A stretch of DNA of 64,000 nucleotides from Candidatus Cloacimonadota bacterium (GCA_030445745.1 JASUTE010000002.1:30859-94858); one strand, 5' to 3'. Positions 30,924-41,347 are shown, numbered from the stretch's first letter. A program made the numbers and translations. Notes: generated by a model from the sequence alone, not told the origin.

Positions 30924-31683
30924 TTTTCAGAATATCCTGCAGAGTTTTTTCTATTTTGCTCACATCCACCTTGGTATTCACGCAGGGGCCTTCAGGACGT
31001 TGGTTCAAAACTCCAAAAACTGGAATAGGAAACACTTCTTTGATACCTTCAACTAAGTCTCGCTGGCAGGCAACAGCTATTATAAAACTGGGTTTATTCT
31101 CTATAATTATTTTTCGGGCTAAGGTACCACCAGTGGCAATGTACATTTTTAAATTATATTTATCGGCTAACTGACAAAGTTCTCCAATATTGCATTTACC
31201 ACATCTGGCACAATTATCTACATTTACAGTTATGCGAATTCCACAACTTGTATGTTGTAAACAGTGCGGTAGTAAAATTAACACCTTTTTGGGATCAAAT
31301 TTTTTTTTCAAAGCGTTTGTAAAAGAGTTATTAACATGAACAAACGACTCTCGTATTTTATCTTTTCCTATTCCTACTAATTTACCCAAAAATACGGTAA
31401 CAGGAAATATAACTCTAATGAATAAGCGTACAGCAAAATTGGAAATAATAAAATTCTTTTCCAAAAAGCAAGTAAGGTAGACCAAAACAGTTCCAAAAAT
31501 AAGAATCACATAAAATATACGTAGAGCAGTAAGAGATAAATTAGCCAAGATTTCATTTATTTCGTGCAGGCGCGGCGAGATGAACCACCAAAGTAGCGTA
31601 GTGATTATCATAAGTAAAACTAAGCTAACTGTAGCTAAGGTAAGAAAAAGATTTTTGCCTTTTGTATTAATATCAAGTGCCAT
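30907..31683 (-). CDS. DUF116-like Cys-rich membrane protein
   Basis: TM-rich N-terminal half and a C-terminal Cys cluster (CLQHTSCGIRITVNVDNCARCGKCNIGELC). Start taken at the internal Met (MALDINTK) just after the fmt stop; the track start at 31737 overlaps fmt by 53 nt. Confidence 0.55.
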   Translation of the reverse strand: MALDINTKGKNLFLTLATVSLVLLMIITTLLWWFISPRLHEINEILANLSLTALRIFYVILIFGTVLVYLTCFLEKNFIISNFAVRLFIRVIFPVTVFLGKLVGIGKDKIRESFVHVNNSFTNALKKKFDPKKVLILLPHCLQHTSCGIRITVNVDNCARCGKCNIGELCQLADKYNLKMYIATGGTLARKIIIENKPSFIIAVACQRDLVEGIKEVFPIPVFGVLNQRPEGPCVNTKVDVSKIEKTLQDILKNEKKR

Positions 31684-31684
31684 T

Positions 31685-32623
31685 CTAGAACTTTTCACCT
31701 GGTTGAGGTTGTAGACCCAAACTGTAAGCAAAAGCACTCATTATCTTCTTTCCAGCTGGTTGAACCCTTTTTAGAATTATATTCTTATCTGCTGTAGCAA
31801 CCTCTATCCCTTGTTTTTTTATCACCTTCACAACAGTGCCAGGTTCTTGTCTGGAATTTACTTCGGTTACAGTTGTCTCGATTATTTTTATTGGTTTGTC
31901 GCGAAATTTGGTTATCGCGGCTGGTTTTTCTGCTAAGCCTCTTACTTTGTTATGTATTTCTATTGCTGTTTTATTCCAATCTATTAACAGATCGGATTTT
32001 TCTATTTTTTTGGTATAGGAAGCTTGAGATTCTACTTGCGGAATAAGTTTATATTCATCATTTTCTATCAATTCTAATGTTTTTAAAACATCCTCTGCAC
32101 CTTTTTGAGCTAATTTTTCCTGCAAAATTGTAAAACAGTCTTCTAGTTCTATCTCATATTTCCGCTGATACAATATTGGCCCAGCATCCATTTTAGTTAC
32201 GATTTTAAAAATAGTATTGCCTGTTACTTTCTCTCCATTAAATAGAGCATAATTAATTGGAGCTGCCCCACGATATTTTGGTAGTAAAGATGGATGTAGA
32301 TTTATGCATCCAAATTTTGCTATTTTTCTTATTTTTTTCTTTAAAAAACCACCATAAGCAACTGTTACAATAATATCCGGGCTAAATTTTTCTATTTGGT
32401 TTAGAACTTCTGAATTATTTACATCTTCTGGTTGTAAGCTGGTAATTTGCAGATTTTCGGCAGCTATTTTCACAGGAGGAGGTTGTAATTTTCTTTTTCT
32501 ACCTTTGGGTCTGTCGGGTTTAGTTATTACTAATTTGGGTTTGTATTTAGTTTGTGCAAGTTTTTGTAAAGTGGGAACAGCAAAAGCTGGTGTTCCTAAA
32601 AAAATTATATTATTTAGCTTCAT
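31685..32623 (-). CDS. fmt: Methionyl-tRNA formyltransferase
   Basis: 312 aa. HPSLLPKYRGAAPI. Confidence 0.93.
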   Translation of the reverse strand: MKLNNIIFLGTPAFAVPTLQKLAQTKYKPKLVITKPDRPKGRKRKLQPPPVKIAAENLQITSLQPEDVNNSEVLNQIEKFSPDIIVTVAYGGFLKKKIRKIAKFGCINLHPSLLPKYRGAAPINYALFNGEKVTGNTIFKIVTKMDAGPILYQRKYEIELEDCFTILQEKLAQKGAEDVLKTLELIENDEYKLIPQVESQASYTKKIEKSDLLIDWNKTAIEIHNKVRGLAEKPAAITKFRDKPIKIIETTVTEVNSRQEPGTVVKVIKKQGIEVATADKNIILKRVQPAGKKIMSAFAYSLGLQPQPGEKF

Positions 32624-33176
32624 TCGCAGCGATATTTACCCCATTTTTATCAGTTTTTTTCTTTAATTCATTAATTTTACGTTGAATAAGCATTTTTCTG
32701 AGTTTTGGAATTTTATCAACAAATAAAATCCCCTCTAGATGGTCATTTTCGTGCTGAATAGTAATAGCAAACAATCCTTCAGCTGTATAGCGTTTACGCT
32801 CACCTTTTGGGTTAGTAGCTTCTACCACCACTTTTTCAGCTCTAGGAACCTTTTCAAAGATACCAGGCAGGCTTAAACAGCCTTCTTCCGATTCTGTTTC
32901 ACCTTCCAGTTCAACAATTTTGGGATTTATAAAAACATAGGGTTCCTTGGTATGTCCTTCACGATACCAGTATGGATCTACCACAAATATACACAAAGAT
33001 TTACCTACCTGAGGAGATGATAAACCAACTCCATCGGTTTCATACATTGTATAGGTGAGATCCTGAATAAAATTCAGGACCTCATCATTAATTTCTTCAA
33101 CTTTTTTAGCTTTTTGCCTAAGTATTTTATCACCTACTATCCGAATTGGTAGTAGGTTGGCTTTTCTTTTCTTCAT
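32610..33176 (-). CDS. def: Peptide deformylase
   Basis: 188 aa with all three motifs: GVGLSSPQVG, EGCLSLPG and QHENDHLEG. Confidence 0.93.
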   Translation of the reverse strand: MKKRKANLLPIRIVGDKILRQKAKKVEEINDEVLNFIQDLTYTMYETDGVGLSSPQVGKSLCIFVVDPYWYREGHTKEPYVFINPKIVELEGETESEEGCLSLPGIFEKVPRAEKVVVEATNPKGERKRYTAEGLFAITIQHENDHLEGILFVDKIPKLRKMLIQRKINELKKKTDKNGVNIAANEAK

Positions 33177-33513
33177 TTTTCAAAATTCCAGCTACAGCAT
33201 TTTTTTGCAGCTCTATTTTTGTATTGGTTGTATCATCGACACGAACCATGAAAGTATTTTTATCGTTTTTGATATTCACAACTTTACCAATAATACCACC
33301 GTTAGTTATTATTTTGTCGTTTATCTGGATATTATCCAACATATTTTGATGTTCTTTCTGTCTCTTTCTCTGAGGACGGATGATGAGAAAATACAAAATA
33401 ACGAACATTAGAATAAAAGGCAAAAAGGAAGCAAAAGCGCTAGGTTGTTGTACTGCTTGCTGTGTTTGTGCGCCTGCCTCACCACCTGCCTGTAGTAAGG
33501 TTAAAAACCACAT
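33130..33513 (-). CDS. yajC: Preprotein translocase subunit YajC
   Basis: 127 aa. A single TM segment followed by RPQRKRQKEHQNML. Confidence 0.8.
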   Translation of the reverse strand: MWFLTLLQAGGEAGAQTQQAVQQPSAFASFLPFILMFVILYFLIIRPQRKRQKEHQNMLDNIQINDKIITNGGIIGKVVNIKNDKNTFMVRVDDTTNTKIELQKNAVAGILKNEEKKSQPTTNSDSR

Positions 33514-33977
33514 ATTATCTCCTTTAAGTATATTATTATTCTTATGCTAACATTAGCATAAATTCCAGCCATTATATCATCTGCCATCACCCCCCAGCCT
33601 CTGGGAAGCTTTTGCAGAACGTTTACGGGTTCCGGTTTCAAAATATCAAAAATTCTAAACAGAATTATAGATAAAATTATTACAAGCAGCTTTTTTGGCA
33701 ACAAAATAACTGCAAAAAAATAGCCACATACTTCATCAATTATTATTTTTCCACTATCATGACCCAATTTTTTTTCTGCTTCCGAGATAAAATAAACTGA
33801 AATAAGCGATAGCAGCAATAGAGCAGGGAGTGAATAAATAACGTATTCAGTAAAAATATTATCTGGTAATAGCAGATAGATTATCAAGGCTATAAAAGAT
33901 CCAATTGTTCCCGGCATCACCGGAAAAAAACCCACTTTGAAAAAAGTGGAAAAAAGCACAGATAGTTTAGCTTTCAT
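33501..33977 (-). CDS. pgpA: Phosphatidylglycerophosphatase A
   Basis: 158 aa polytopic protein. GTIGS, DEVCG and FRIFDILKP are typical of PgpA. Confidence 0.8.
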   Translation of the reverse strand: MKAKLSVLFSTFFKVGFFPVMPGTIGSFIALIIYLLLPDNIFTEYVIYSLPALLLLSLISVYFISEAEKKLGHDSGKIIIDEVCGYFFAVILLPKKLLVIILSIILFRIFDILKPEPVNVLQKLPRGWGVMADDIMAGIYANVSIRIIIYLKEIICGF

Positions 33978-35235
33978 CTAAAAGAATTTCTACGTAATAT
34001 TTTTCTCGCAATTTATCTAAATACTTTTCATAAAGATCCAATTGTTTTTGATTGCGTACATACACTCTAAGGTTATCTTTTATCTCTTCATATCTGTATT
34101 TTCTGGAAGGAATTTTTTCTAATTTTGCCAGAATATAGAAAACATTATCCTGTTTAATAATCTGGGAATATTCTCCGTAATCCAGATTTTTTAAATAAGA
34201 AGCGAACTTTTCGGGATATTCTTCTGGAGTAAATTCGCCAATAATGCCACCATTGGCAGCAGAAGAATCATCCATAGAATATTCTCGCGCTAATTTAGTA
34301 AAATCGGCTCCGTTATCCAATTGTTTTTTAATTTTTTCTATTATTTTTTTTGCTCTTTCTACATCCTGTTGATTTGGTTCTACCATTTTTAAAATATGCC
34401 GCACTCTAATCTCGTCATCTTTTTTGTCGACCATCTGTATAATATGATAACCCAAATGAGTTTTTACAACATCGCTTATTTCTCCTTCATTTAAACTGAA
34501 AGCTGCTTTTTCAAATGGTTTCACCATGGTACCTCTACCAATATAACCCAGATCTCCTCCATTTTTAGCGTTGGGACCATCACTTTTCTGTTTCGCTAAC
34601 TCAATAAAAGAACCTCCAGCCAAAAGCTGATCTCTTATCTTGTTTATCTCTATCAAGGCATTTTTTTTTGTTTCTTCACTAACAGTTATTTCACGCATTA
34701 TCATACCAATCTTGTCTTTAGATGCTCTTTGAGGCATTTCTTTTAAATTTTCCTGGTAATAATCTTTTAACTCTGCTTCTGTGATGGTAACATTTTGTCT
34801 TATTTCGTTTTGAATTATCTTTTCTTTAAGCATTTGCTCACGAATCATTTCAGCGTAATATTCTTTAAGTTCCAAGGGTGTTAAATTTTGCTTTTTCAGT
34901 TCTTTTCTAAACTGCTCTTCACTGGGAAATTGATTTATAATGCGCTGCAATTCATCTTCAGCCATCGATTTTACCTGTAGATCATCTATCTCGTATTCTT
35001 GGGCATCAGCTTCCATTACTAACAATTTGGTATCTATCATATCGTTTAAAACTTCCAATTTATCTATGTTAGCTCCGCTAATAACTCCAGCAGCCTGTAA
35101 TTGGCTTATCTGCTGTTCCAGTTCACTTTGCAAAATTATTTCTCTACCTACTTTTGCCACAATTGTATCTAAAACTTCTGCTTTTGCTACTACAAACACG
35201 CTTAGAATTAAGAGTATGAATAATAATTTCCTCAT
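33967..35235 (-). CDS. SurA/PrsA-like peptidyl-prolyl isomerase with two parvulin domains
   Basis: 422 aa with a signal peptide. Parvulin motifs GGDLGYIGRGTMVKPFE..HLGYHII and GGIIGEF. Confidence 0.75.
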   Translation of the reverse strand: MRKLLFILLILSVFVVAKAEVLDTIVAKVGREIILQSELEQQISQLQAAGVISGANIDKLEVLNDMIDTKLLVMEADAQEYEIDDLQVKSMAEDELQRIINQFPSEEQFRKELKKQNLTPLELKEYYAEMIREQMLKEKIIQNEIRQNVTITEAELKDYYQENLKEMPQRASKDKIGMIMREITVSEETKKNALIEINKIRDQLLAGGSFIELAKQKSDGPNAKNGGDLGYIGRGTMVKPFEKAAFSLNEGEISDVVKTHLGYHIIQMVDKKDDEIRVRHILKMVEPNQQDVERAKKIIEKIKKQLDNGADFTKLAREYSMDDSSAANGGIIGEFTPEEYPEKFASYLKNLDYGEYSQIIKQDNVFYILAKLEKIPSRKYRYEEIKDNLRVYVRNQKQLDLYEKYLDKLREKYYVEILLDES

Positions 35236-35247
35236 TCAATCTGCTCC

Positions 35248-36057
35248 TTAAAGATTTTTACTTATATTAGCTTCTGATTTCAATCTATCCAAAAGCTGTT
35301 GATAAATCTTTTCCTTTTTCTGTTCTATTAAAATTTTTCGTATCTCTGGTTTAGCTTCTGGAAAGGTTTTTCCCAAATCTACAGTGCGAACATTATGATA
35401 CATCACAATGTAATAGCCTTTATCTGTCTTCACAGTTTGAAAATGCCATTTTTTTAGATTTTCCAAAGCATTCCAAATTTCATCTGGCATTTCCGATTGG
35501 GAAAGAAAACCAGCATAACCGCTTTTAGAAGCTATATCTTCTTCCGAATATTTTCTGGCTGCTTGGTCGAAACTAAGTTCTTTGGATTGAATTTTACGAG
35601 AAACTTCTTTTATTAGGGCTTCCTCTTGGCAAAAAATTCGCTGTACCTCGTATTGCTTAACTTTTTTGGTATATTTATTTTTGTGAATTCGATAGTAGTT
35701 AAAAAGTTCTTCTTCATCTACTTGGATATCTTTTAAGGTTTTTGCTAACAGCGCATTGGCTTTTATTTTTTTAGTAGCATTTTCTATTTTAACTTTAACT
35801 TCTGGTTTTGCAGATACTTTTTGTTCATCTGCTTCCTGTGCCATTAAGGTAAGATTAATCCAGCTATCTATGAAAGCTTGTTTTTGCTCTGGTGTCATAT
35901 TTTTAAGCTCCTCAGAAGAAAAACTGGCATTAAATTCCTCTTTTGTAAGGACATCGCCATCTACTTTCGCCATAAAATCTGTTTCTTGTGGTTTCTCTAC
36001 TTGCTGCGAACAAGCAATAAAAAAAAATATAAATAAAAATAGATATACCGCTTTCAC
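35248..36057 (-). CDS. Parvulin-like PPIase/chaperone lipoprotein
   Basis: 269 aa. Lipobox FFIACS, a SurA_N-like N-terminal half and a degenerate parvulin C-terminal half. Confidence 0.55.
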   Translation of the reverse strand: MKAVYLFLFIFFFIACSQQVEKPQETDFMAKVDGDVLTKEEFNASFSSEELKNMTPEQKQAFIDSWINLTLMAQEADEQKVSAKPEVKVKIENATKKIKANALLAKTLKDIQVDEEELFNYYRIHKNKYTKKVKQYEVQRIFCQEEALIKEVSRKIQSKELSFDQAARKYSEEDIASKSGYAGFLSQSEMPDEIWNALENLKKWHFQTVKTDKGYYIVMYHNVRTVDLGKTFPEAKPEIRKILIEQKKEKIYQQLLDRLKSEANISKNL

Positions 36058-36068
36058 CTTATCCTCAC

Positions 36069-37322
36069 TTATTCATCTAAAACAGGCGTTGTATAAATAA
36101 TTCGTATCGCAGGCCTTAGGTTTTCATCGTTATTAAATTTAGTAGCGAATTTAATAAATTCAAAATCGGCATCTTCCTCCAGTGAACGGAAAATAAGACC
36201 ATAATAGTCTATTTCTTCAGCTACAATTTTTTGCAATATCTTGGTAATATCCAAGCTATATTTATCTTCTTCAGAATCTACTGTTGAATCATTAGAATAA
36301 CTCACAAAAGTGTAATCCTCGTAGTAATTGGGTGGGAAAGTGGCATCTTCACTTGTTAACACATAAGGCCGCAGAGTAAATATAGTTCTTTCAGGAAATT
36401 GCTCTTCCAGTTGCTTATGCAATATTATCTCTGCTTTGTTTATGGTCATTCTACGAAGATCTTCTGTAGTGTTTATGTTTTGCAAGTTTTCTATCATAGT
36501 TTCAGCAGAAAAATCAATGTTCATATACATTTTTACTGGTAATATATTACTGATTTTAAGTTCATTTTCAAATTTCTCGAATTCAGTATTATCCCCATCA
36601 ATTTTTTCCGATAGAATAATATCAGAACTGACTTCTTCTTCGTATGTTAGCATACTGTCAGCTTCACTGCTAATGTAATTAAATTTTAAAGAAGGAGAAA
36701 AACTAGATTCCAAAGAAAAGAATTCTACAAAGCTGTTTGCTGCTTCTTCTTCGGCATAAATGGCAATACCATTTTCTGCTATTAGGCTATCTACCACTAA
36801 TTTTCCTTCTACTTCATTATAAAATTTTTCGGAAGCGATAGAAATAATGGTGCTGTCTGCCCAGTCTGTAAGTTCATATTCAAAATCAATGTCGGAAAAT
36901 GCATCTGGTTGCCACTGAGTACTATCAGTTGCATTTTGCCAGTTAACATAGTTTTCTTTCCAAGCCTGATTTATTCTAGCAAATTTTAATGCTCTAGCAA
37001 AATTAAGAGAATCTTTATTAACTAAAGTAAGTTGTAATTGGTTATTTTCAATTGATTCTACAGTATCGGGTAGAGAAGTAAATTTTATTAGGCTTTTTAC
37101 CTTGGCATTATCAAAATTTCCTACAATTATTTTGTTATTATTTGTGTATGTTTCCAAACTATCCTGGTAACTATAGCAGTTTTTGAAAAGAGAAGTATCT
37201 GTTAGAACTATTTCTGTTGGTTCTGGTCCTTCGTTTAAACCTACAGGATTATTTTTTTTTGTGCAGGAAAAAACAAGTACAATCATAAAAATCGATAGTG
37301 AACTGAGCTTTATTAATTTCAT
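36069..37322 (-). CDS. Hypothetical lipoprotein
   Basis: 417 aa, lipobox LVFSCT, acidic. No family recognised. Confidence 0.45.
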   Translation of the reverse strand: MKLIKLSSLSIFMIVLVFSCTKKNNPVGLNEGPEPTEIVLTDTSLFKNCYSYQDSLETYTNNNKIIVGNFDNAKVKSLIKFTSLPDTVESIENNQLQLTLVNKDSLNFARALKFARINQAWKENYVNWQNATDSTQWQPDAFSDIDFEYELTDWADSTIISIASEKFYNEVEGKLVVDSLIAENGIAIYAEEEAANSFVEFFSLESSFSPSLKFNYISSEADSMLTYEEEVSSDIILSEKIDGDNTEFEKFENELKISNILPVKMYMNIDFSAETMIENLQNINTTEDLRRMTINKAEIILHKQLEEQFPERTIFTLRPYVLTSEDATFPPNYYEDYTFVSYSNDSTVDSEEDKYSLDITKILQKIVAEEIDYYGLIFRSLEEDADFEFIKFATKFNNDENLRPAIRIIYTTPVLDE

Positions 37323-37459
37323 TATTTCTTCTCCTAATTTATTAATTAAAGAATTAAGTAGTATTAGTAGTCTGTGTGAATATGAGTATAAGAACTTATA
37401 TTTTTTGCTAACTTCACTCTACCAACACTTTTAATTTTATTATTATTTAGTGAACAAAT

Positions 37460-37496
37460 TGTGGATAACTTGGTAATTTGTCCATATTTATCCACA
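37460..37496. promoter_or_regulatory. Pair of perfect, convergent DnaA boxes downstream of dnaA
   Basis: TGTGGATAA (37460-37468) and TTATCCACA (37488-37496), positions anchored to the ORF-track frame of 37364..37573. An imperfect box AGTGGATAT lies at about 37562-37570. Confidence 0.75.
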
Positions 37497-37569
37497 ATTT
37501 TATCAAAAAAGGCGATTATCTTAGGCTTATACACAGTAATAAACATCCTTTTATGTGAATAAGTGGATA

Positions 37570-38928
37570 TCACTTTTTAATCTCTTTAATAAGCTTTTCT
37601 ATCTGAATTCTGAAATTTTTATCCAATTTAAATTTCTCTTCCACAGTTTTTTTGGCATGCAACACTGTGGTGTGGTCTTTTCTTTTGTAATACTGTGCTA
37701 TTTCCTTCAGGGAAAGCTGGGTAATGAGTAGGTTGGAAAGATACATCGCTACTTGGCGTGGGAAGGCGATATTTTTCTTTCTGGTTTTATCGAAGATCTG
37801 AGTAGTTGTTATATTATAGGCATCACAAACCTTCTCGGTAATAGTTTCCAGATTTACTTCCTTAATTTTGTCCGAGATCATATCTACCAGAATTTCGTGA
37901 GCAATATCCACAGTTATATCTTCTGTGTCCAAATTATTGTAGGAAGCATAAGCTAAAATTCTAATAAGAGAGCCTTCTAAAGCCCGAATATTGCTAGTGA
38001 TGTGTTCTGCGATGAAATCGATAACTTTGTCTTGCAGTTCTATATTTTCAGCTTCAGCTTTTTTACGTAAAATAGCTACCCTAGTTTCAAAAACAGGGCT
38101 TTTCAAATCTGCTAATAGTCCCCATTCGAATCTGGTTATCAATCTTTTTTCCAAATCAGGGATATCTTTAGGTGGCCGATCGCTAGTTAGCACAATTTGT
38201 TTCTTTTTTTCGTATAATGAGTTAAAAGTATGGAAAAATTCCTCCTGAGTTTGCTCTTTTTTAGAAAGAAAGTGGACATCGTCTATCAAAAGTAGGTCAA
38301 AATTACGATATTTATTTCTAAAGGAGGGCATTTTGTTATTTCGAATTGCATCTATCATCTCATTGGTAAATTCTTCTGTAGTAGTGTAAAAAATATTCCT
38401 AGTACCGTTTTCTTCTATCACAAAATTTCCTACAGCTTGCATCAGATGTGTTTTTCCCATACCAGACTCGCCGTATATAAAAAGTGGATTATAGATATTA
38501 CCAGGCGATTCAGCAACAGCTAACGAAGCAGAATGGGCAAATTTATTGTTGGCTCCTATTACAAACTCACTAAAGTTGTATTTAGGGTTAAGCTTTGTGT
38601 TGTGAGTAGTAGGAAAATTATCGTTCAATGGCTGAGAAAGAGGCTTTTTTTCCTCTTTCTTAGCTTGAGTTAAACCTGTAAAAACTGTATTAAACTTCTG
38701 TTTATAAATACTGTAATAAATTTCGGAAACAAGCTCACTGTAGTTATGATTCAAATACTCTGCTATAAATTTGGAAGGTACTTTTATCTGCAGTTCGTTG
38801 TCTTGAATGTTTATAAGCTGGGTTTCAGTAAACCAAGTATTAAATCCCTGCTCACTGATATTTTGTTGAAGTGTTTCTAGGACATTTCTCCATATTTCAT
38901 TGTAATCATGCATAGTAATAGACTCCAA
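37570..38928 (-). CDS. dnaA: Chromosomal replication initiator DnaA
   Basis: 452 aa with a TTG start. Walker A GESGMGKTHL, the AAA+ box LLIDDVHFL and a C-terminal DNA-binding helix (DHTTVLHA). Confidence 0.95.
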   Translation of the reverse strand: MESITMHDYNEIWRNVLETLQQNISEQGFNTWFTETQLINIQDNELQIKVPSKFIAEYLNHNYSELVSEIYYSIYKQKFNTVFTGLTQAKKEEKKPLSQPLNDNFPTTHNTKLNPKYNFSEFVIGANNKFAHSASLAVAESPGNIYNPLFIYGESGMGKTHLMQAVGNFVIEENGTRNIFYTTTEEFTNEMIDAIRNNKMPSFRNKYRNFDLLLIDDVHFLSKKEQTQEEFFHTFNSLYEKKKQIVLTSDRPPKDIPDLEKRLITRFEWGLLADLKSPVFETRVAILRKKAEAENIELQDKVIDFIAEHITSNIRALEGSLIRILAYASYNNLDTEDITVDIAHEILVDMISDKIKEVNLETITEKVCDAYNITTTQIFDKTRKKNIAFPRQVAMYLSNLLITQLSLKEIAQYYKRKDHTTVLHAKKTVEEKFKLDKNFRIQIEKLIKEIKK

Positions 38929-39477
38929 AATTTATTTTTTTATTATAAATAATCCACAAATTCACTCTTTTCATTATATATGACACATAAATGAGCTAAT
39001 TTATTATAAAACATATAATAACAAACTCATATCTTAGCTTTATATAAGAAGTTATCCACATTCGTTAAATATAGTGTGTATAACTTTCAATCTCCGATTC
39101 ACTACGTCAAAATGCTGCTAAAATTTTATCAGTCAAGTTCAAAAAAAAGTGCTTGAAATTTGCTTTTATGCTGTTTTAAAGTGGTAATAGACTATATGTA
39201 AAAAAGTTAAATTATTTATTTTATAAATTATGATTTTGCAAAATAGAGTGCTAAGTTTCAAGAACACAGCAAATTAATGAAATTTTTTTTATTTAATAAA
39301 CTGGTTTTGCTAAAATAGCAACTATAACCAGATATTTCCCCTAAAATCTGCAATTTTCAAAAAAAAGAAAATGTTTAATGTGAAACTAGTACACGCAGTC
39401 GAGTTAAAATGTTTGACAAACAGAAGATGATAAAACTATTGGAAATGCTATAGTTAAATGTAAGTAGAGGAAAAAAG
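38929..39477. other. Candidate oriC upstream half: AT-rich spacer with DnaA boxes
   Basis: 549-bp gene-free, very AT-rich region between divergent dnaA and tyrS. It contains TAATCCACA (about 38950), a perfect TTATCCACA (about 39052-39060) and TGTGTATAA (about 39075). Long A/T runs at about 39200-39330 are DUE candidates. Confidence 0.65.
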
Positions 39478-40668
39478 ATGTTCGAGAAAGAGATGAAAAT
39501 TATAGAAAAAGGTACAGAAGAGATAATAAGCAAAGAATTGATGTTAACTAAGCTGCAAAAAGCAGAAGATGAAAACAGACCGCTCCGCATAAAATATGGC
39601 ATCGATCCTACTGGCTACGAAGTTCATCTAGGGCATTTGGTTCCAATTAGAAAAATGCGTGAATTTCAGGATCTGGGTCATACTGGGGTTATTATAATTG
39701 GCGATTTTACTGCGCAAATTGGCGATCCTACCGGGCGCGATGAATCCAGACCACCACTCACTGCGCAACAGGTAAAGAAAAATGCTGAAAAATATATGGA
39801 ACAACTTTATACTGTGCTAGATAAAGATAAAACCGAAATTCGCTGGCAAAGCGAATGGTTCCAAAAAATGGGAATGGAAGATGTGTTGAAAATATTGGGA
39901 AAATTCACTTTAGCGCAGTTCATGGCACACGACACTTTCCGTAAAAGAGTCGAACAAGGTCTCTCTTTGGGTATGCACGAGCTTATGTACCCGCTTCTGC
40001 AGGCCTACGATTCGGTAGCTGTAAAAGCAGATGTTGAGCTTGGTGCCACCGAACAAAAATTTAATATTCTGGCAGGTAGAGATATGCAAAGATATTTTGG
40101 AATGTCGCAGCAAGTTGCCATACTTTCACCTATTCTTATGGGAACAGATGGCCAGAATAAAATGAGTAAATCCTTGAATAATTATATCGCTGTTTTCGAT
40201 ACTCCGAAAGAAAAATATGGCAAAACTATGAGTATTCCTGATGAACTCATCATAAATTATTTTAAATATGCTACCATGATAGATCCGGAAGAATTGGAAC
40301 AGATAGAAAAACAGCTTCAGGAAGGCAAAGTTAATCCTAAAGATATTAAACAGCGCCTGGCTCGCGAAATTGTAGCTTTGTATCATGGTCAGGAAGCAGC
40401 CCAAAAAGCTGAAGAAGAATTTAACCTAATTTTCAAAAAGAAGGAAATTCCAGACGAAATTCCTGAATATAAAATTACCGAAAAACAACGAATAATAGAT
40501 ATTTTAGCTGCAGGTGGAATCTGTAAATCGGTAGGTGAAGCTAAGCGTATGATAAAGCAAAATGCTGTAAGCGTGGATGGCGAAAAAGTGAAAGACAAAT
40601 TCGCCGAAATAGATAAAAAAGCTGTGATAAAAGTTGGCAAAAGAAGATTTATAAAAGTGGTGAAATAA
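39478..40668 (+). CDS. tyrS: Tyrosyl-tRNA synthetase
   Basis: 396 aa. HIGH-type motif HLGH, KMSKS, and a C-terminal S4-like domain. Confidence 0.93.
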   Translation: MFEKEMKIIEKGTEEIISKELMLTKLQKAEDENRPLRIKYGIDPTGYEVHLGHLVPIRKMREFQDLGHTGVIIIGDFTAQIGDPTGRDESRPPLTAQQVKKNAEKYMEQLYTVLDKDKTEIRWQSEWFQKMGMEDVLKILGKFTLAQFMAHDTFRKRVEQGLSLGMHELMYPLLQAYDSVAVKADVELGATEQKFNILAGRDMQRYFGMSQQVAILSPILMGTDGQNKMSKSLNNYIAVFDTPKEKYGKTMSIPDELIINYFKYATMIDPEELEQIEKQLQEGKVNPKDIKQRLAREIVALYHGQEAAQKAEEEFNLIFKKKEIPDEIPEYKITEKQRIIDILAAGGICKSVGEAKRMIKQNAVSVDGEKVKDKFAEIDKKAVIKVGKRRFIKVVK

Positions 40669-41315
40669 TGAATTTTTTAACAGGACTCATAATTCAGCTA
40701 CCAATTTTGTTTATTACCCTTACTGTGCACGAATACAGCCATGGTTTGGTAGCTTATTGGCTGGGAGATGATACCGCCAAACGTGCTGGCCGGCTCACCC
40801 TGAATCCTATTTCGCATATCGACCCGGTGGGGCTCATTATGCTGTTTATAGTTCACATCGGTTGGGCGAAACCAGTACCGATCAATCCTTATAATTTCAG
40901 AGATCAAAAACGTGATATGGCGCTTTCAGCAGCGGCTGGTCCAATTTCCAATTTTATTATGGCTATTTTATTGGCTGTGTTGTTTCGCTTTTTTAACAAT
41001 ATGAATCCAACCTGGCAGTATAGCAGCAGTATAGGTTCTATTCTTATGTTTATGCTGTTTTATGCCGTTATGATAAACCTGGCTTTGGGTTTATTCAATC
41101 TTATTCCGGTGCCACCACTGGACGGTTCCAAGATAATTGGGGGTTTTATGAGCGATGAACTTTATTATAAATACACTGCTCAAGAGCGAAGAGGCGCTCA
41201 GATCCTTATCATTATTTTTGTGGTTTCCTTTATTTTTAAACTCGATATTATCGGTTCTGTCATCATTCCACCTTTAAACTTCTTTCTGAAGTTGTTAACT
41301 GGAATGAGCATATAA
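40668..41315 (+). CDS. Site-2 protease family (M50) membrane metalloprotease
   Basis: 215 aa polytopic protein. HEYSHG (HExxH) in TM1 and NLIPVPPLDG. Confidence 0.75.
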   Translation: MNFLTGLIIQLPILFITLTVHEYSHGLVAYWLGDDTAKRAGRLTLNPISHIDPVGLIMLFIVHIGWAKPVPINPYNFRDQKRDMALSAAAGPISNFIMAILLAVLFRFFNNMNPTWQYSSSIGSILMFMLFYAVMINLALGLFNLIPVPPLDGSKIIGGFMSDELYYKYTAQERRGAQILIIIFVVSFIFKLDIIGSVIIPPLNFFLKLLTGMSI

Positions 41316-41347
41316 ATAAAAAAAATATATAAAAATAGGAGTAAGTT

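Noticed and set aside
37364-37573. 69-aa minus-strand ORF (GTG start) between dnaA and the lipoprotein gene
   Set aside because: It spans the two perfect DnaA boxes and overlaps the dnaA stop. It is better explained as noncoding origin sequence.
38929-39477. T-box or other leader RNA upstream of tyrS
   Set aside because: No T-box consensus (AGGGTGGNACCGCG-like) or specifier-loop architecture is visible. The region is dominated by A/T runs and DnaA boxes, which fits an origin or promoter region.
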